This document shows, in pieces, positions 36,301 through 45,347 of a DNA stretch of 59,895 nucleotides. The stretch spans positions 1 through 59,895 of the IMG/VR virus record IMGVR_UViG_3300009506_000033. One strand, 5' to 3'. The translations under genes were made by a program, and so were the position numbers. Position 1 is the first letter of the stretch. Every line of letters starts with the position of its first letter. Below the pieces are notes generated by a model, which was given only the letters and a program-made list of their open reading frames with translations, did no database searches and was not told the DNA's origin. Origin of the DNA: a virus. Taxonomy: Duplodnaviria; Caudoviricetes.

Positions 36301-37078
36301 CCTCGGTGGTGCCCTCAATGCCCATACCGGCCAAGGCTGCCTTCGCAGCAGCAACCTTACGGGTGCCTTCGCGCAGGATCGGTTCGCCTGTAATGCCGAG
36401 GTAACGGCCAGCCATGTACGGGAACAGGAGTTCCATCGCGCCAGCAGCGGTTGCGCCAATACCGGCCTTCAGCGGATCGTGAACGCCTGCATCCTGCTGC
36501 ATCTGCTGGATTTGCTGCATCTCGCGGCCAGTGGTGTATGCGCCCATCCCGGCAATACCGGCGTTCTTGACCAGTCCTTCACCTGCCTTAATTGCAGCCT
36601 GCCGCGCAATCGCATCACTGATGCCGCGCGTGAGCAGCATCTTGGCACCAACTTCGCCGATGCCGCCTGTCGCCACGGCCCCGACAATGTCAGGCGCAAA
36701 CGAACCCAGCTGGTACTGGGCATAGTCGAGGAAGTCGCCCAGCCCGTGGACGTTTGAGAACTGGTCGGTCGGCTTCGCCAGCTTCTGCATCTGCGTGCCA
36801 GCTTCTTTCAGCCCTTGCTCACCCCACTGGGTAAGACCCTGAGAGCCGGTGATGTCGCCTGTCCAGCGCGCGAGTGCCGCAGGAATCGCCTTGATGCCTG
36901 CCATGCTCGACGACAGGCCGCGCATGAAGTCGCCCTGCGCGGGTGCCTGCGCGGCTACAGGCTTCAACCCTGCGAGAATCGCGGCAACATCAGGGTCATT
37001 CGCAGCCTGACTGGATGCCGGACTCTGGAATCCAAAGTCAGACATAGCCTTCTGAAACTCGTCATCGGTCAGTGCCAT
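30314..37078 (-). CDS. Large internal virion/DNA-ejection protein (2254 aa) with zincin-like HExxH and PLxRFG-like motifs
   Basis: VRHEAFH...EARAYAF; NYTPARRYGDYAV; Gly/Ala-rich N-terminal helices; position after the other ejection genes. Confidence 0.8.
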   Translation of the reverse strand: MALTDDEFQKAMSDFGFQSPASSQAANDPDVAAILAGLKPVAAQAPAQGDFMRGLSSSMAGIKAIPAALARWTGDITGSQGLTQWGEQGLKEAGTQMQKLAKPTDQFSNVHGLGDFLDYAQYQLGSFAPDIVGAVATGGIGEVGAKMLLTRGISDAIARQAAIKAGEGLVKNAGIAGMGAYTTGREMQQIQQMQQDAGVHDPLKAGIGATAAGAMELLFPYMAGRYLGITGEPILREGTRKVAAAKAALAGMGIEGTTEVGQSVAERWGSDQSLTDANARQDYFESMIGGMLGGGVFGGAAGALSKKAPEAKPPAPIPNPEELAAAQWDKDVADAMTARRQQQLVQTREQHFADNPDVVGDIRPHMADFGMTGRNAVLAKAITPKTPFDKVNVLQAAVQSGYSLDQATKIYGIVEKISATQAKRDALVAKAGEKAVTTGVDKQIAKLNDQLQGAMGVKSKYDPMIAKEQAAILANPTDAKAVSASEKRIADMEKKRDAENASVLKPLTALRDHMTQYQQSAEAAPQEAQAAAPEAITPEQKQAEIDAAYNKHEAQRFDARPPVETTKLARDIYNFTGDPEQTKQVMRALAAGKITYDEAVQQYTAVGAANKTTETPDASLEGPMQAAAPKLQEAFARNQAAIALAAQTHSTELDTLTSPHRTLTPEERTTKKDVLSALVQSTGIPAKPQDIGWVSSQTEEALQNYVEKNAGKRTADRSARNDLAEAFVNLIQEKRNGLQTQGQETTQEVAPAAPAAEQAAPAEARTKAAEPLPQASPELLRLAEEARQRAVQEQQAQTPPPVAEPVVAPAPTEQPPVAEQPPVAEQPPVAEQPPVAEKPTALTPQQQEAANFLASVDRGVTPTALQANAAAFKLGLEIRPSDPVETTLQRMRDTLASTQQPPKKRGRRAAAPVEQQAAAPFTAPPDAVQAGVESQPTTPAEFTAKVPDALAAQVKDRWSDEGRRQMMRARLAVYKQRNPHANITMLHNMIEKTAAVPANLPTAEKLLDRREGMPDSADAEVMQLFQAGQLSKAFNASNQAQGTLAGAAVQLKDVLAEVKKILGIRPEMDVRVSKEVVAPDGKGGYAGQFTMRVTQGQMQSVLEVAYNTADGVATVRHEAFHGAERMGLISPREMTIINRALRKGQPLRTKLDAVAAKLDGERGTTIAEAIKSNPVEARAYAFQFHTSGLFTADGMIGKIFDRVKTAFERLKNGLLGMGFQSAQDVMDAIAAGAVAERQTALYGLSTKESEALMSQAGVADVIDEPIQGSGEDVLRAAMHDAPMDEFRPLSRLLGAGSTKEAMQTVRDMFDKWGSTSLNLSHMSKGFKLVFDAILDRRSFTDQLISKMREISPKLFQGDYPRRTDPLMVAIAEADHVARQNGKPFDSIAEFSDAIKLPTGADLSEAYEIWKQIRNTVRTGLIYEAVAYKNQLAERFGRDSEAYSQLAAAKDAQVQSAIEGNYTPARRYGDYAVAVYRAGAREEGVLHYIQAPTRLHANALRNDLTAYIKENGLESELEVSPVSNVKPSEKYAYDRMSLFDFLDLAERHNVPVSQKAMESVVKALTDIEDMARNRYMKWEDIPGWSRNISRVVAEFMVNNSTRAASMFHGGRLRDAFAGYALGEEALARRAELSDRFANVNDITFKNELLGKLDPGSANFDPQAQTDLLDYMEWRRLMNAPDVPEGANTIWEADGGSEGKYRDLAGKLLDFTQTTRSNPTANAFRTLASIMFLGGNISSAVVQLMSTPMVTMPFLTQHVSAAEAAATSFRYMKMATSLVAKNSGGIFQNRETFLRNPQMLNDAVKGLSLSDEQISFLRQALEDGTIAESQVYGIFGEASGSIKLYNTKVRQALDVWMAPFRLTEQINRLTAFLAAYDVGQKKGMTGEALYNFSRDTVRQTQGVYGSINLPGAVRSTVGQVLMTFRLYPIMMTELLGRLATSGPEGKRAAAMMLGMLFFAGGLGGLPGEQDLEDLIDTIAMRIFGQPFNSRRWLRTNLKAASEAVTGVDMTGPLLYGMVNGGLNVNMSGRVSLSNLIPGTELLKPGADTGRAAEELLGPVMSEVSGFVKGAGGLAKSAGQALSGQTDLAADTFKKDVINNALPLGLRNIMRGAGEMESGQVQNTRGQMVVPITSVGALAHMIGFSPAQLSADYDSQKSISTISAFMQDTRKGIQDSIVDAVRSGDSEKLASLYEFVSEYNTAHPEMPLNITARSVRQAVNAASIPLSERSLKALPKAWRNTFRDDFSSDFSQEDTGE
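34570..34644 (-). repeat. 18-bp coding tandem repeat (EQPPVA x4)
   Basis: acaggcggctgctcagca repeated about four times on the + strand. Confidence 0.9.
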
Positions 37079-37081
37079 AGT

Positions 37082-38455
37082 TTATTGGCCTGTCATCGAC
37101 GCCAAGACTGCGCTAAGCGCATCACCACCGTTCATGTTCTTTTCTCGCATAAGACGCATCATCGCAATCTGTGCTTGTGCAACCATCTTCGGGTCGACAA
37201 TACCCCTGTCTGCCAACGAGTTGCGCAAGTTGGCATACGCTTGAGGCTGTGTCCAGTCGCCCTTCGCTGTAGTGTTACTACCTTTGGCCGCACTGCCTAC
37301 GGTTTTGAGCAGATTGTTCAGTAGCTCGACTTGTTGTTCAGGCGATGCGCGCTTGAAAATGTCTGACTGCGTCATACGGCCATACGTATTCGAGATGATC
37401 TGTTCAAGAGGTGTAGGTGCATGGCTAATGCGCGCTGCGCTTACCGCTGCGTTAGCGGATAACTCAGAACCGCGTACACGTGCCCAGTTATCCCCTGTCC
37501 CAGCCACGATGGATTGCAGCTCTTTCGGTAGATGGCTGACCTGCCCATACGTCAAGCCAGTGCCGGGGATTACTGTTTGTGCTGCCTGCTGCATGACATC
37601 GCGGGTATTTGCGGCTACTTGGTTCTCCCACCCGCGCCAAGGCCGGTTCGGGTCATACTCGATACGGCTCTGGTCAAACCCTCGAATAATGTCCAGAGGT
37701 GAAGACGAGCGTTCATCAGCCGGGTTATTCCATGTGCCTGCTTGATCGCCGAGAGCTGCCATACGTTTCTGTTCGGGCGACCCCTCATAGCCAGCCTCGA
37801 TGCTTTTGTTGAACGCAATGACATCCGGGTTCGTAACGTCGCCGATGTATGCCTTGTTGAACCCGAGCTGCTGTGCCATGCGCTGCTGGTAAGCCCATTT
37901 ACCATCGTAGTAATCAGGGGCGTCAGGTGCGGGTACGCCTGTCATATCCGGTGTAGGGGGCGTAGAGGATGTAGGCGCAGACGCGCCGCGTCCGGCAGCC
38001 GCACGTGTAGCCGCGCCTGATGCACTCTTGGCGAAATTCACCATCTGCGCATGGGCATAATCCGCATTCGCAGGGAATGCAAGATCACCTGCGCTGTTCG
38101 AGTTACCTGCGCCGGGTACGAGCGATGGCGTGGACACGGTAGCCGCAGGCACAGACACAGGTTTCGACCCATAGCTAAACAAAGGGCCGGGGCTCGGTAG
38201 CGGAGTAGCGTCGCCGGTAATCATGGTCTTCGCCGCCCCAGCGACAGGCCTTAGGGTCGCCTCTGTTGCGCGCCACGGAAGATTAAGCGCATCCCCCATG
38301 ATGCTTCCAGACCCCCGAAGATACATCCCGGCAGCAGCAGGTGCACCACCTTTATCGTAGGCTGCGGAAATATCTTGGCCTATTGACGACGCTACTTTCC
38401 CCAGCGACGTATTTTGCAGCCCGAACATCTTGTACAGATCATCTAGATTAGCCAT
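37082..38455 (-). CDS. Putative internal virion/ejection protein
   Basis: 457 aa, Ala/Gly/Pro-rich, directly upstream of the large ejection protein. Confidence 0.65.
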   Translation of the reverse strand: MANLDDLYKMFGLQNTSLGKVASSIGQDISAAYDKGGAPAAAGMYLRGSGSIMGDALNLPWRATEATLRPVAGAAKTMITGDATPLPSPGPLFSYGSKPVSVPAATVSTPSLVPGAGNSNSAGDLAFPANADYAHAQMVNFAKSASGAATRAAAGRGASAPTSSTPPTPDMTGVPAPDAPDYYDGKWAYQQRMAQQLGFNKAYIGDVTNPDVIAFNKSIEAGYEGSPEQKRMAALGDQAGTWNNPADERSSSPLDIIRGFDQSRIEYDPNRPWRGWENQVAANTRDVMQQAAQTVIPGTGLTYGQVSHLPKELQSIVAGTGDNWARVRGSELSANAAVSAARISHAPTPLEQIISNTYGRMTQSDIFKRASPEQQVELLNNLLKTVGSAAKGSNTTAKGDWTQPQAYANLRNSLADRGIVDPKMVAQAQIAMMRLMREKNMNGGDALSAVLASMTGQ

Positions 38456-38469
38456 TGCTATTCCTTAGG

Positions 38470-40599
38470 TTATACCGTTCCACCATTGTAGTTGTAGTTA
38501 TAGTTATGCGTAGTTACATCATCTGTGCGCACGTCATCTGAATGCACCCACGACTCTGAGGTGGTGCCAGCATTGCTGTAGCTGATGCTCTGCGACAGAG
38601 AGCCGTTGAAGCTGCGGCTCGAACTGTTGGTCGACGAGTTGTACGCAACACCCTGCATCGAGGTCTGGTGAGCCTGCGAAGTGCTGTTCGAGTCGCTGAT
38701 CGAGCCGGAAAGGTTGACTGCCGACAGCGCGGCGGCTGCCAGCTGGGAAGCAACCGTAGCGCCCGCGCGCATGGCTTCGATGACGGCATTGAGCTGTGCA
38801 GTCATCGCCGTCAACTCAGCCTTCGCCGCTTCGACCTGAACCTGCGCCTGTGCGATCAGGCGATCTGCCTCAGCCTTGTAGACCTTCGTCTCGGAATCAA
38901 CACGCGAGGCTTCGCCGCCCACCTCTGCGGAGTACGCCTGCACTTCGGACTTGTAGACATCGGCCAGCGCACCGACGCGCTTGGCTTCGCCGTCGACCTG
39001 TTGGGCGAACGCGGCGATCAGCGACTTGTAAACCTCAAGCGGAAGCTCCTGCTCCAGCTTGATGTCCATGTTCTTCAGCGCGATCAAGGCGTCGACATTC
39101 TTGGCGTAGCCGTTGATGACCGAGTTGTAGGCGTCGGACTGGGCCTTGTAGACGTCCACCTTCAGGCCTTCAGCCTTGATCTGGGTTGCGTACTGCTCAT
39201 ACTCGGCAGTCTTCGCCTGAACCTGCGCAACGTAGGCTTCGATGAGCGCGCGGAAGGACTCGATCTTCAGCTTGTTGACGTCGGCCTGAACCTTGACGGC
39301 TTCGAGCTGCGCCTTGTAAATCTCGATGGTGGCCAGTTGCGCGCTGATCTGCTCGTGGTACAGCGCAACCATCTGCTGGTTCAACTCCCCAATGACGCGC
39401 TGCGCCTCAATCTGGGCGCGATACAGCTCGACCTTGCGAGTCTCGGCCTCGATGCGGATGCGGTATACCTGCGCGTCGGCCAGATACGCCTGAATCGACG
39501 CGTTGTAGGACGACACCCGTGCGTTGAACAGGTCAACTGCGATCATGGCAGCAGCCTTGGCCGCCTCGAATGCACGCTGCGCGACAGCGTTCGCGTAGGT
39601 CAGCAGGTCGCCTTCCAGCTTGACCGACTGCTCGATGGCAAAGTGGATGTTGGCCTGCTCCAGTTTGGCCTGCTCGATCATGACTTCGCGCGACAGGGTC
39701 GAGTTTTTGGTTGCCGTTTCCAGCGCCAGCATCTGCGTCTGCGTGACCTGCGCGCCTTGCGGCAGCGTGAATCCACGCGCGCTCCACTGAGCCAGAACCG
39801 TGTCAGTCGCAGCGATCATGTTGATGTTCTCGCGCGCGCGACCGCGTTCCCAGATCGCCTGCTCGACATCCGGCGGCAGACCGGTGGCGGTGCCAGATAC
39901 CCAGTCTTCAAGCCGGTTCTTCAGCAGCGTCATGAGCGCATCGTCAAATGCAGGCTCGACGAAGTTGATGCCTATATCGGGTGCAAGAGGCACTTCACCG
40001 GGCTCGTGCGAGGAGTAGAAGTCGATGAACTCCAGCACAGGCGCATCCGGCAGGACGATGTCGAAAAGCGACGGTGCCGTCGGCAGCGAAATGCTGGGCT
40101 CAGTCGGGTAGAAGATGGCGTCCAGCTCGGGCGAGGCAGGAACTTCTGCGGTCAGCGGGCTGGGCGGAGTCAGGTCGGTATTGACGGCGGGTGCGGCAAC
40201 ATCGAACGTCGGTGCGTCAGCAATTGTCAGGGGGTCAACGGTACCCAGCGTGGGCTCGGCAGGTGCAGTCGGAAACTCCGTCGTCATATCCGGTGCGACA
40301 GGCGAGTCAGGCATCACGAAAGGCGATATGACCGTCGTCGGAACACCTACGTCCACATTGATAGGCGGCAGGTCAGCGATGCTTGCGGCAGCCGTCGACA
40401 GCTGCTCAATGAAATCCTGTGCGACCGTAAATGCTTCAGAGGCATACGACTGGGCCTGTGCCCAGCCCTCCGTAACCAGCTCAGGCGCGACGGAGTCGAA
40501 CGTGGACGCGACGTTGGGTACGCTGGGTACATCGGCAGAACCGGCGGCATCGGGGGTGGGGATACCGCCAGAAAGATAGAGTGGAACATGGTCGGACAT
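38470..40599 (-). CDS. Virion protein with Pro-rich N-terminus and long Y.A...A coiled coil
   Basis: 709 aa; periodic Y[K/R]A[Q/E] repeats; Ser/Asn/Tyr-rich C-terminus. Confidence 0.75.
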   Translation of the reverse strand: MSDHVPLYLSGGIPTPDAAGSADVPSVPNVASTFDSVAPELVTEGWAQAQSYASEAFTVAQDFIEQLSTAAASIADLPPINVDVGVPTTVISPFVMPDSPVAPDMTTEFPTAPAEPTLGTVDPLTIADAPTFDVAAPAVNTDLTPPSPLTAEVPASPELDAIFYPTEPSISLPTAPSLFDIVLPDAPVLEFIDFYSSHEPGEVPLAPDIGINFVEPAFDDALMTLLKNRLEDWVSGTATGLPPDVEQAIWERGRARENINMIAATDTVLAQWSARGFTLPQGAQVTQTQMLALETATKNSTLSREVMIEQAKLEQANIHFAIEQSVKLEGDLLTYANAVAQRAFEAAKAAAMIAVDLFNARVSSYNASIQAYLADAQVYRIRIEAETRKVELYRAQIEAQRVIGELNQQMVALYHEQISAQLATIEIYKAQLEAVKVQADVNKLKIESFRALIEAYVAQVQAKTAEYEQYATQIKAEGLKVDVYKAQSDAYNSVINGYAKNVDALIALKNMDIKLEQELPLEVYKSLIAAFAQQVDGEAKRVGALADVYKSEVQAYSAEVGGEASRVDSETKVYKAEADRLIAQAQVQVEAAKAELTAMTAQLNAVIEAMRAGATVASQLAAAALSAVNLSGSISDSNSTSQAHQTSMQGVAYNSSTNSSSRSFNGSLSQSISYSNAGTTSESWVHSDDVRTDDVTTHNYNYNYNGGTV

Positions 40600-40634
40600 A
40601 TCAACCCCCGGATACTGTGTGCACTTAGCTTAGA

Positions 40635-41954
40635 TTAGCCTCTACGTCGAGATAATACAACAGGTAGCAGTTCTACAGTATCAAGCTCGAAATCGCTGCC
40701 ATCGACGTTACCGTAACGTACTTGCCAGTAAACAGACGATATACCTTTGATAGTGCTGACTGAGCTAGTTGACAACTTTGTTGCTGCATTATACGGAATT
40801 ACATAGTCTGTACCATCATTACCGTCAGGTATGATACGCAGCGTCATATTGCCATCTGTCTTCTGGCGCACATATGCAGCATATACACGGTTCTCCAGTC
40901 CCGACCCGAAATCGGTAATACCCGAGAGCACATGGGCATCAATGGCCGCGCCTGCATCGACAGCGCCTGCGATCAGGTAAATGCCTGTATCCGAGGCGGC
41001 GAGATACGCGTTGCCCATCTTGCCGAAGCTGTTGAACGGGAAGTTCTGGTATTCGGTCAGGGCCTTGCGACGCGTATTCAGGCAGTACGATACGAACGAG
41101 GGGCTGACCGGCAGGGTGTCGCCAATTGCCTCGACCACGAACAGCGGGATCGTGACATCCATCGTCCCGACGTATTCGCCGTAGCCAGTGGCATCCTCGA
41201 CGAAGAACGGCAGCGTAACGGAGGCTTCGCCGACCTGCCCGGTATAGCCTGAAGCCTCAAGCGCAAAGAGCCTCAGATCAAGCGCTACATCACCGGAGCC
41301 TGCAACCGCTATCGTGCCCTGTACGCTGAGCAGCGGCAGGTCGATAACCATTGTGCCGGTGGGCAGGCCCTCGGCTGCCACGCTGAACAGCGGCAGCGTG
41401 ACGCTGGATGTGCCAAGCTGCTCAACGAGAGCATCAGCCGCGACACTGAACAGCGGCAGCGTTACATCACCGACACCGGTGTCTGCCGCAGCTGCGACGC
41501 TGAATAGCGGCAGGTCAACGCTTGAAACGCCAGCCGAACCTGTGAGTCCTGTACCGGCTGCCGAGAGCATCGGCAGGTCGATTGGCTGCTGGTAGATCGA
41601 CGTGACTGTGCCTGTAACGCCTGAGGCGCTGAGACTGAACGGCGGCAGCGTAACGCTGCCTGTCGCCACAGCTATATCGCTGCCTGCGGCTGTTACGTCA
41701 AAGGGTAGAAGATCGACCGTAAACGATACGGATGGAACGACCGTGCCGATAGGATCAGTTGCACCTATCGAGAACAGCGGCAGCGTGACTGCGCCCCACG
41801 CGGGGTTGACCTCCGATACGTTCGAGACAGGACTGTGCCCAATGAACGAGACAGTCCCCGTACCCGGTACATCGACTACGGGCTGAACGAAGGCTACCGG
41901 TTCGTACCCGGTAAGGGCGAGTGTCGCCTGACCGGGCAGAACGGTGTTAGACAT
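40635..41954 (-). CDS. Virion/tail protein with repeated G.VTLP.FSV.A beta-strand units
   Basis: At least 9 LP[L/F]FS-type repeats and a globular C-terminal domain. Confidence 0.7.
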   Translation of the reverse strand: MSNTVLPGQATLALTGYEPVAFVQPVVDVPGTGTVSFIGHSPVSNVSEVNPAWGAVTLPLFSIGATDPIGTVVPSVSFTVDLLPFDVTAAGSDIAVATGSVTLPPFSLSASGVTGTVTSIYQQPIDLPMLSAAGTGLTGSAGVSSVDLPLFSVAAAADTGVGDVTLPLFSVAADALVEQLGTSSVTLPLFSVAAEGLPTGTMVIDLPLLSVQGTIAVAGSGDVALDLRLFALEASGYTGQVGEASVTLPFFVEDATGYGEYVGTMDVTIPLFVVEAIGDTLPVSPSFVSYCLNTRRKALTEYQNFPFNSFGKMGNAYLAASDTGIYLIAGAVDAGAAIDAHVLSGITDFGSGLENRVYAAYVRQKTDGNMTLRIIPDGNDGTDYVIPYNAATKLSTSSVSTIKGISSVYWQVRYGNVDGSDFELDTVELLPVVLSRRRG

Positions 41955-41965
41955 GGTTCACCCCG

Positions 41966-42739
41966 TTACTGGGCGGGAATACTCGCAGTGAAGCCGGAGA
42001 TGGTCTGCGTCGCCGTCGCCGCGATGGTCGTCGAGCTGAGGTTCAGCTGTGCGCCCGAGGTCGACACTGACCCGTCCATGCGAATCTGGCTCTCCGTCGA
42101 GTCTGCGATGCCGCTGTCAGTAACCGAACCGACAAACCGGAACCAGCCTGCGGTACCGCCTGCAACAGCTGCACCACTCCAAGTCTGGTCGGAACGCTTC
42201 GAGATGCTGCCTGCCGCTGCGTTGTCGAGTTGCAGGCCATTGACTGCGTCAGTGCCGCCAGCCATGTTGCCGTAGGAGGCCGTCATCGTGGTGAGGGTGC
42301 CCGTAACGACAAAGCCGTTGGGGGCCGAGCCTGAGCCGCGCATCGCCGAAATCGTGACGACCGTGCCCGAAGACGTTGCCGTGTACTCAGGGCTGGAGAT
42401 ACCTTTGTTGATTGCCGTAGCGAGGTCGGCAGCGGTCTGGGTCAGAGAGGTGTTGAACGGCACTGGTGCTGCAATGATGTTGACGCCGTTTACAGTGATC
42501 GTGTCGACGGAACCAGATGCGCCAGTTGCCAGCGTTACTGTACCAGTAGCAAGCACTTCAGGTGTATGTGCGCCACTGTTGTCAGTGTATACGCACAACA
42601 GCGTACCGGTAGGCGCAGCATCAGCAGTAGCAGGCTGAGCACCTGAATAAACCAAGATTTTGCCATTCTGCAAGGCATTTTTGAGGGAGCCGTGTTGCAG
42701 CAGGAAGTCACGAAGTGCGGTCGAGATACGAAGTGCCAT
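41966..42739 (-). CDS. Virion structural protein
   Basis: YSGAQPATADAA.TGTLL...GTAGWFR...DGSV pattern; Thr/Gly/Ala-rich. Confidence 0.75.
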   Translation of the reverse strand: MALRISTALRDFLLQHGSLKNALQNGKILVYSGAQPATADAAPTGTLLCVYTDNSGAHTPEVLATGTVTLATGASGSVDTITVNGVNIIAAPVPFNTSLTQTAADLATAINKGISSPEYTATSSGTVVTISAMRGSGSAPNGFVVTGTLTTMTASYGNMAGGTDAVNGLQLDNAAAGSISKRSDQTWSGAAVAGGTAGWFRFVGSVTDSGIADSTESQIRMDGSVSTSGAQLNLSSTTIAATATQTISGFTASIPAQ

Positions 42740-42751
42740 GTCAGCTCTCCT

Positions 42752-43969
42752 TTAATTTTGCATCACAGAAATGAATCGGCGAATACCAGACTGTTCAAGA
42801 ACAATACTAGCACCTTTTGAGCCGGGGCTATAGGTGAATTGGTCGTGCGTCAGGTTATATAGGGTGCCACCGGTTATACCGAGCACCTTACCCTGAGTAG
42901 ACTCCCAGAATGCTACGCGATCAACACCTCGCTCAGTATTCTCTGTGCCATAGGTAAGTGTACCTGACACAGCTCCATAGTCTGCAATGCGCTCAACTGC
43001 GAAATCGCTTGCGTCGTGGCCTCGGAGAAAGACTGTCTCACGATCAGTCGCTACAAAAATGCCATCGCGCACAGGTGCGAAAACCTTGATGACACTGTTG
43101 AATCGCAGGAAATCCCGCATATCCATCAGCTCGTAATTGCCGGGCTGCGTGTAGTAGGCAAGGTCGCCCCGGACAATGTAGATGCGCCCGTTGTACAGCG
43201 CGAGAGCCGTACCGGGTACAGGTTTGTACTTGAACTGCGTCATCAATGGACGCGACAAATCAAGGCCTGTATCGGCATACTGGAACGACAGGGTTCCACG
43301 TGGAACCGATGCGACAAGGTAAAACATCTCGCCGTTTTGCGGTGTTGCGTAGATGTTTATCTGTGCAATATCCGGCATCAACGGCGCGGGAAGGCTGTTG
43401 AGCATTACACCAGAGTCAGCAGGCACGGCGACATTAAGCATCAACGATGCGCCTGACTCAAAGCCGTCATTGCGAACGTAAGTCAGTACGAACTTGTAAT
43501 CTCCAGCAGGGAGGCTGCCCGGCACGAGCGTGTAGGTAGCCATGCCGGGATTAGGTAGGCCCCATGAATTAACGAACCCGTTGCGATATGCACCTGTCTG
43601 CGTGCCGTTGCTGTGAAAGATTGCGCCGTTGACCTCTACGTAGGCCATCTCAGCGCCTTCAACAAGACCGGTGCCAAGCGACGTTGTAGTGTAGTCTTCG
43701 TTCAGGCGGTAGAAGGTGGTGCCTGCGACAAAGAACCCGATGGTGCCGTTCGACCAGAAGCTGTGCGCGCCGGGCGCGTCGAGCAGCTGGCTGTACCCCG
43801 GACGACGGCGCAGCTTACCTGCATCGTCGATGTCTACGTTGACGGCCTCGACGAGTTCGCCGGGGGCCAGAGCTTCTTCCGCGACCGTATTCTTGAGCCC
43901 CTTGAACTCACCCATCGCCTTGACTGGTTCATTGGTGTCTTCGCCTTGAAGCTTCTCGATGCGCGCCAT
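42752..43969 (-). CDS. Putative tail nozzle/stabilisation protein (beta-propeller-like)
   Basis: FKGLKN...AVNVDID..G.LRRRPG N-terminus; follows the adaptor gene. Confidence 0.65.
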   Translation of the reverse strand: MARIEKLQGEDTNEPVKAMGEFKGLKNTVAEEALAPGELVEAVNVDIDDAGKLRRRPGYSQLLDAPGAHSFWSNGTIGFFVAGTTFYRLNEDYTTTSLGTGLVEGAEMAYVEVNGAIFHSNGTQTGAYRNGFVNSWGLPNPGMATYTLVPGSLPAGDYKFVLTYVRNDGFESGASLMLNVAVPADSGVMLNSLPAPLMPDIAQINIYATPQNGEMFYLVASVPRGTLSFQYADTGLDLSRPLMTQFKYKPVPGTALALYNGRIYIVRGDLAYYTQPGNYELMDMRDFLRFNSVIKVFAPVRDGIFVATDRETVFLRGHDASDFAVERIADYGAVSGTLTYGTENTERGVDRVAFWESTQGKVLGITGGTLYNLTHDQFTYSPGSKGASIVLEQSGIRRFISVMQN

Positions 43970-44679
43970 TACCAGCCTCCAAAGAAGAAGCGTACCGGCG
44001 CGCTTCGCAGCCGAATAGCATCCTGCCGCGCCATGCGCACGTTGTCGTTGAACCGGTTGAGGAACGTCGCTGCGTGCTCCGGGGCGTAGCCATCGACTTC
44101 AGGCTCGGTGAGCGCGAGATACGCTGCGTAGTCGCAAATGTCGAAGTGATACATCTCGGGAATCTCAGGCGTCGCCGTAAGTGCGTCGAGACTCATGGCC
44201 GTGATGGGCGTGCGCGCCACGCGCAAGTGAGCCGTATAGCTGCCGTCCGGCACCGGCCCGAACTCGATAAGCCCAGTCGACTCCTGAGTCGAGTACAAGC
44301 GCGGCATTCCCGGCGGGAACGTCGTCAAGTCCGGCCACGGGTAGGCACGGTAGGTGTTTCCGGGGTGCATCTCGCTGTGGGATACGTGGATCAGTTCGGT
44401 AATCATCCCGTCGAGACGGGCCGACAGAACCTTGAGCACAGACGGGTGCAGCGCGTACTGCGTCGTATTGGCCACGACACTGATCTGCGTCACAGCAGCC
44501 GTGGTCGCGTCGATCAGGCAGAACGTGCGGCGTGCAAACAGCGTCTCGGCTTTGTTCAGGTAGCGGATCAAAACCGAATCCGGCCACAAGGGCTCATTCA
44601 CACCCCCTGTGACCGACGTCTTGCGATCACGCAGAAGGTGCCCGCCCAAGTGACTAAGCAGCTCCTCCGTTGTCGCCAT
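43969..44679 (-). CDS. Putative head-tail adaptor protein
   Basis: LW.D..LIRYLN.A, YAL...VL.V, P.P, PEIPE.YH..I.DYAAY; podovirus gene order. Confidence 0.7.
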   Translation of the reverse strand: MATTEELLSHLGGHLLRDRKTSVTGGVNEPLWPDSVLIRYLNKAETLFARRTFCLIDATTAAVTQISVVANTTQYALHPSVLKVLSARLDGMITELIHVSHSEMHPGNTYRAYPWPDLTTFPPGMPRLYSTQESTGLIEFGPVPDGSYTAHLRVARTPITAMSLDALTATPEIPEMYHFDICDYAAYLALTEPEVDGYAPEHAATFLNRFNDNVRMARQDAIRLRSAPVRFFFGGW

Positions 44680-44682
44680 GAT

Positions 44683-45048
44683 TTACTGCACCGTGCGGAA
44701 GGGGAAGCGGTTAAACGACTTCAGCTCATGCCGACCTTCGCCGGTCAGGATCAGCCGGGACTCGACTGCGTTCTCCAGAACATGGACGATTTCGGGCGGC
44801 ACTTCCACGCGTTCGCCACGTTTGATGTTGAACGCGTAGCCGTTGACCGAGATGAACACGTGCGTGTCCTTGGGGTTCTCGCTTTCGGAAATGATGATCC
44901 CAATGCGCTCAGGCTCAGCCTTGGCGACAGCGGTCGTCGACGGGGCCTTAGCACCGCGCTTGCGCTTGTTGGGGGTGGCTTCCGGCTCAGGCTCCAGCCC
45001 TGCTGAAAGATCATCGTTGAGGTTTGCGTCCGGCTTCTGCTCGGTCAT
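44683..45048 (-). CDS. Hypothetical virion-module protein
   Basis: VFISVNG....IKRG..VEVP....VL.NA pattern, common downstream of N4-gp56-type capsid genes. Confidence 0.75.
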   Translation of the reverse strand: MTEQKPDANLNDDLSAGLEPEPEATPNKRKRGAKAPSTTAVAKAEPERIGIIISESENPKDTHVFISVNGYAFNIKRGERVEVPPEIVHVLENAVESRLILTGEGRHELKSFNRFPFRTVQ

Positions 45049-45075
45049 TTCGCTTTCCTTTGAGTTGGGGTGGAA

Positions 45076-45336
45076 TTACTCATCACTGCCCTCGTCTGCC
45101 GCGTCTGCGAACCCCTCCGAAAACATATCGGTGGGAGTTTTCAAACCCGGCAGCTTGGACTTGAGGAAGTTGACGACTTCATCGGACGACTTGAAGACGT
45201 AGCCCTTCCACGGCTCAGGTGTGCGGTAGTCAGGCGACACCGCATTGCTGTTACCGGCGGGCGAGGTTGTCGGCTCGTACAGCTCGACCTCAAAGCCGTT
45301 CGTCATCTTCTCGATCCTTACGACGTACTCGCCCAT
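45076..45336 (-). CDS. Hypothetical protein
   Basis: AGGAG SD; 86 aa. Confidence 0.7.
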   Translation of the reverse strand: MGEYVVRIEKMTNGFEVELYEPTTSPAGNSNAVSPDYRTPEPWKGYVFKSSDEVVNFLKSKLPGLKTPTDMFSEGFADAADEGSDE

Positions 45337-45347
45337 GCTGCTGCTCC

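Noticed and set aside
34838-36757. 639-aa + strand ORF (also 38668..40638, 28765..30039, 45685..46848)
   Set aside because: Antisense shadows of well-supported minus-strand genes in GC-rich DNA; no RBS or recognisable motifs.
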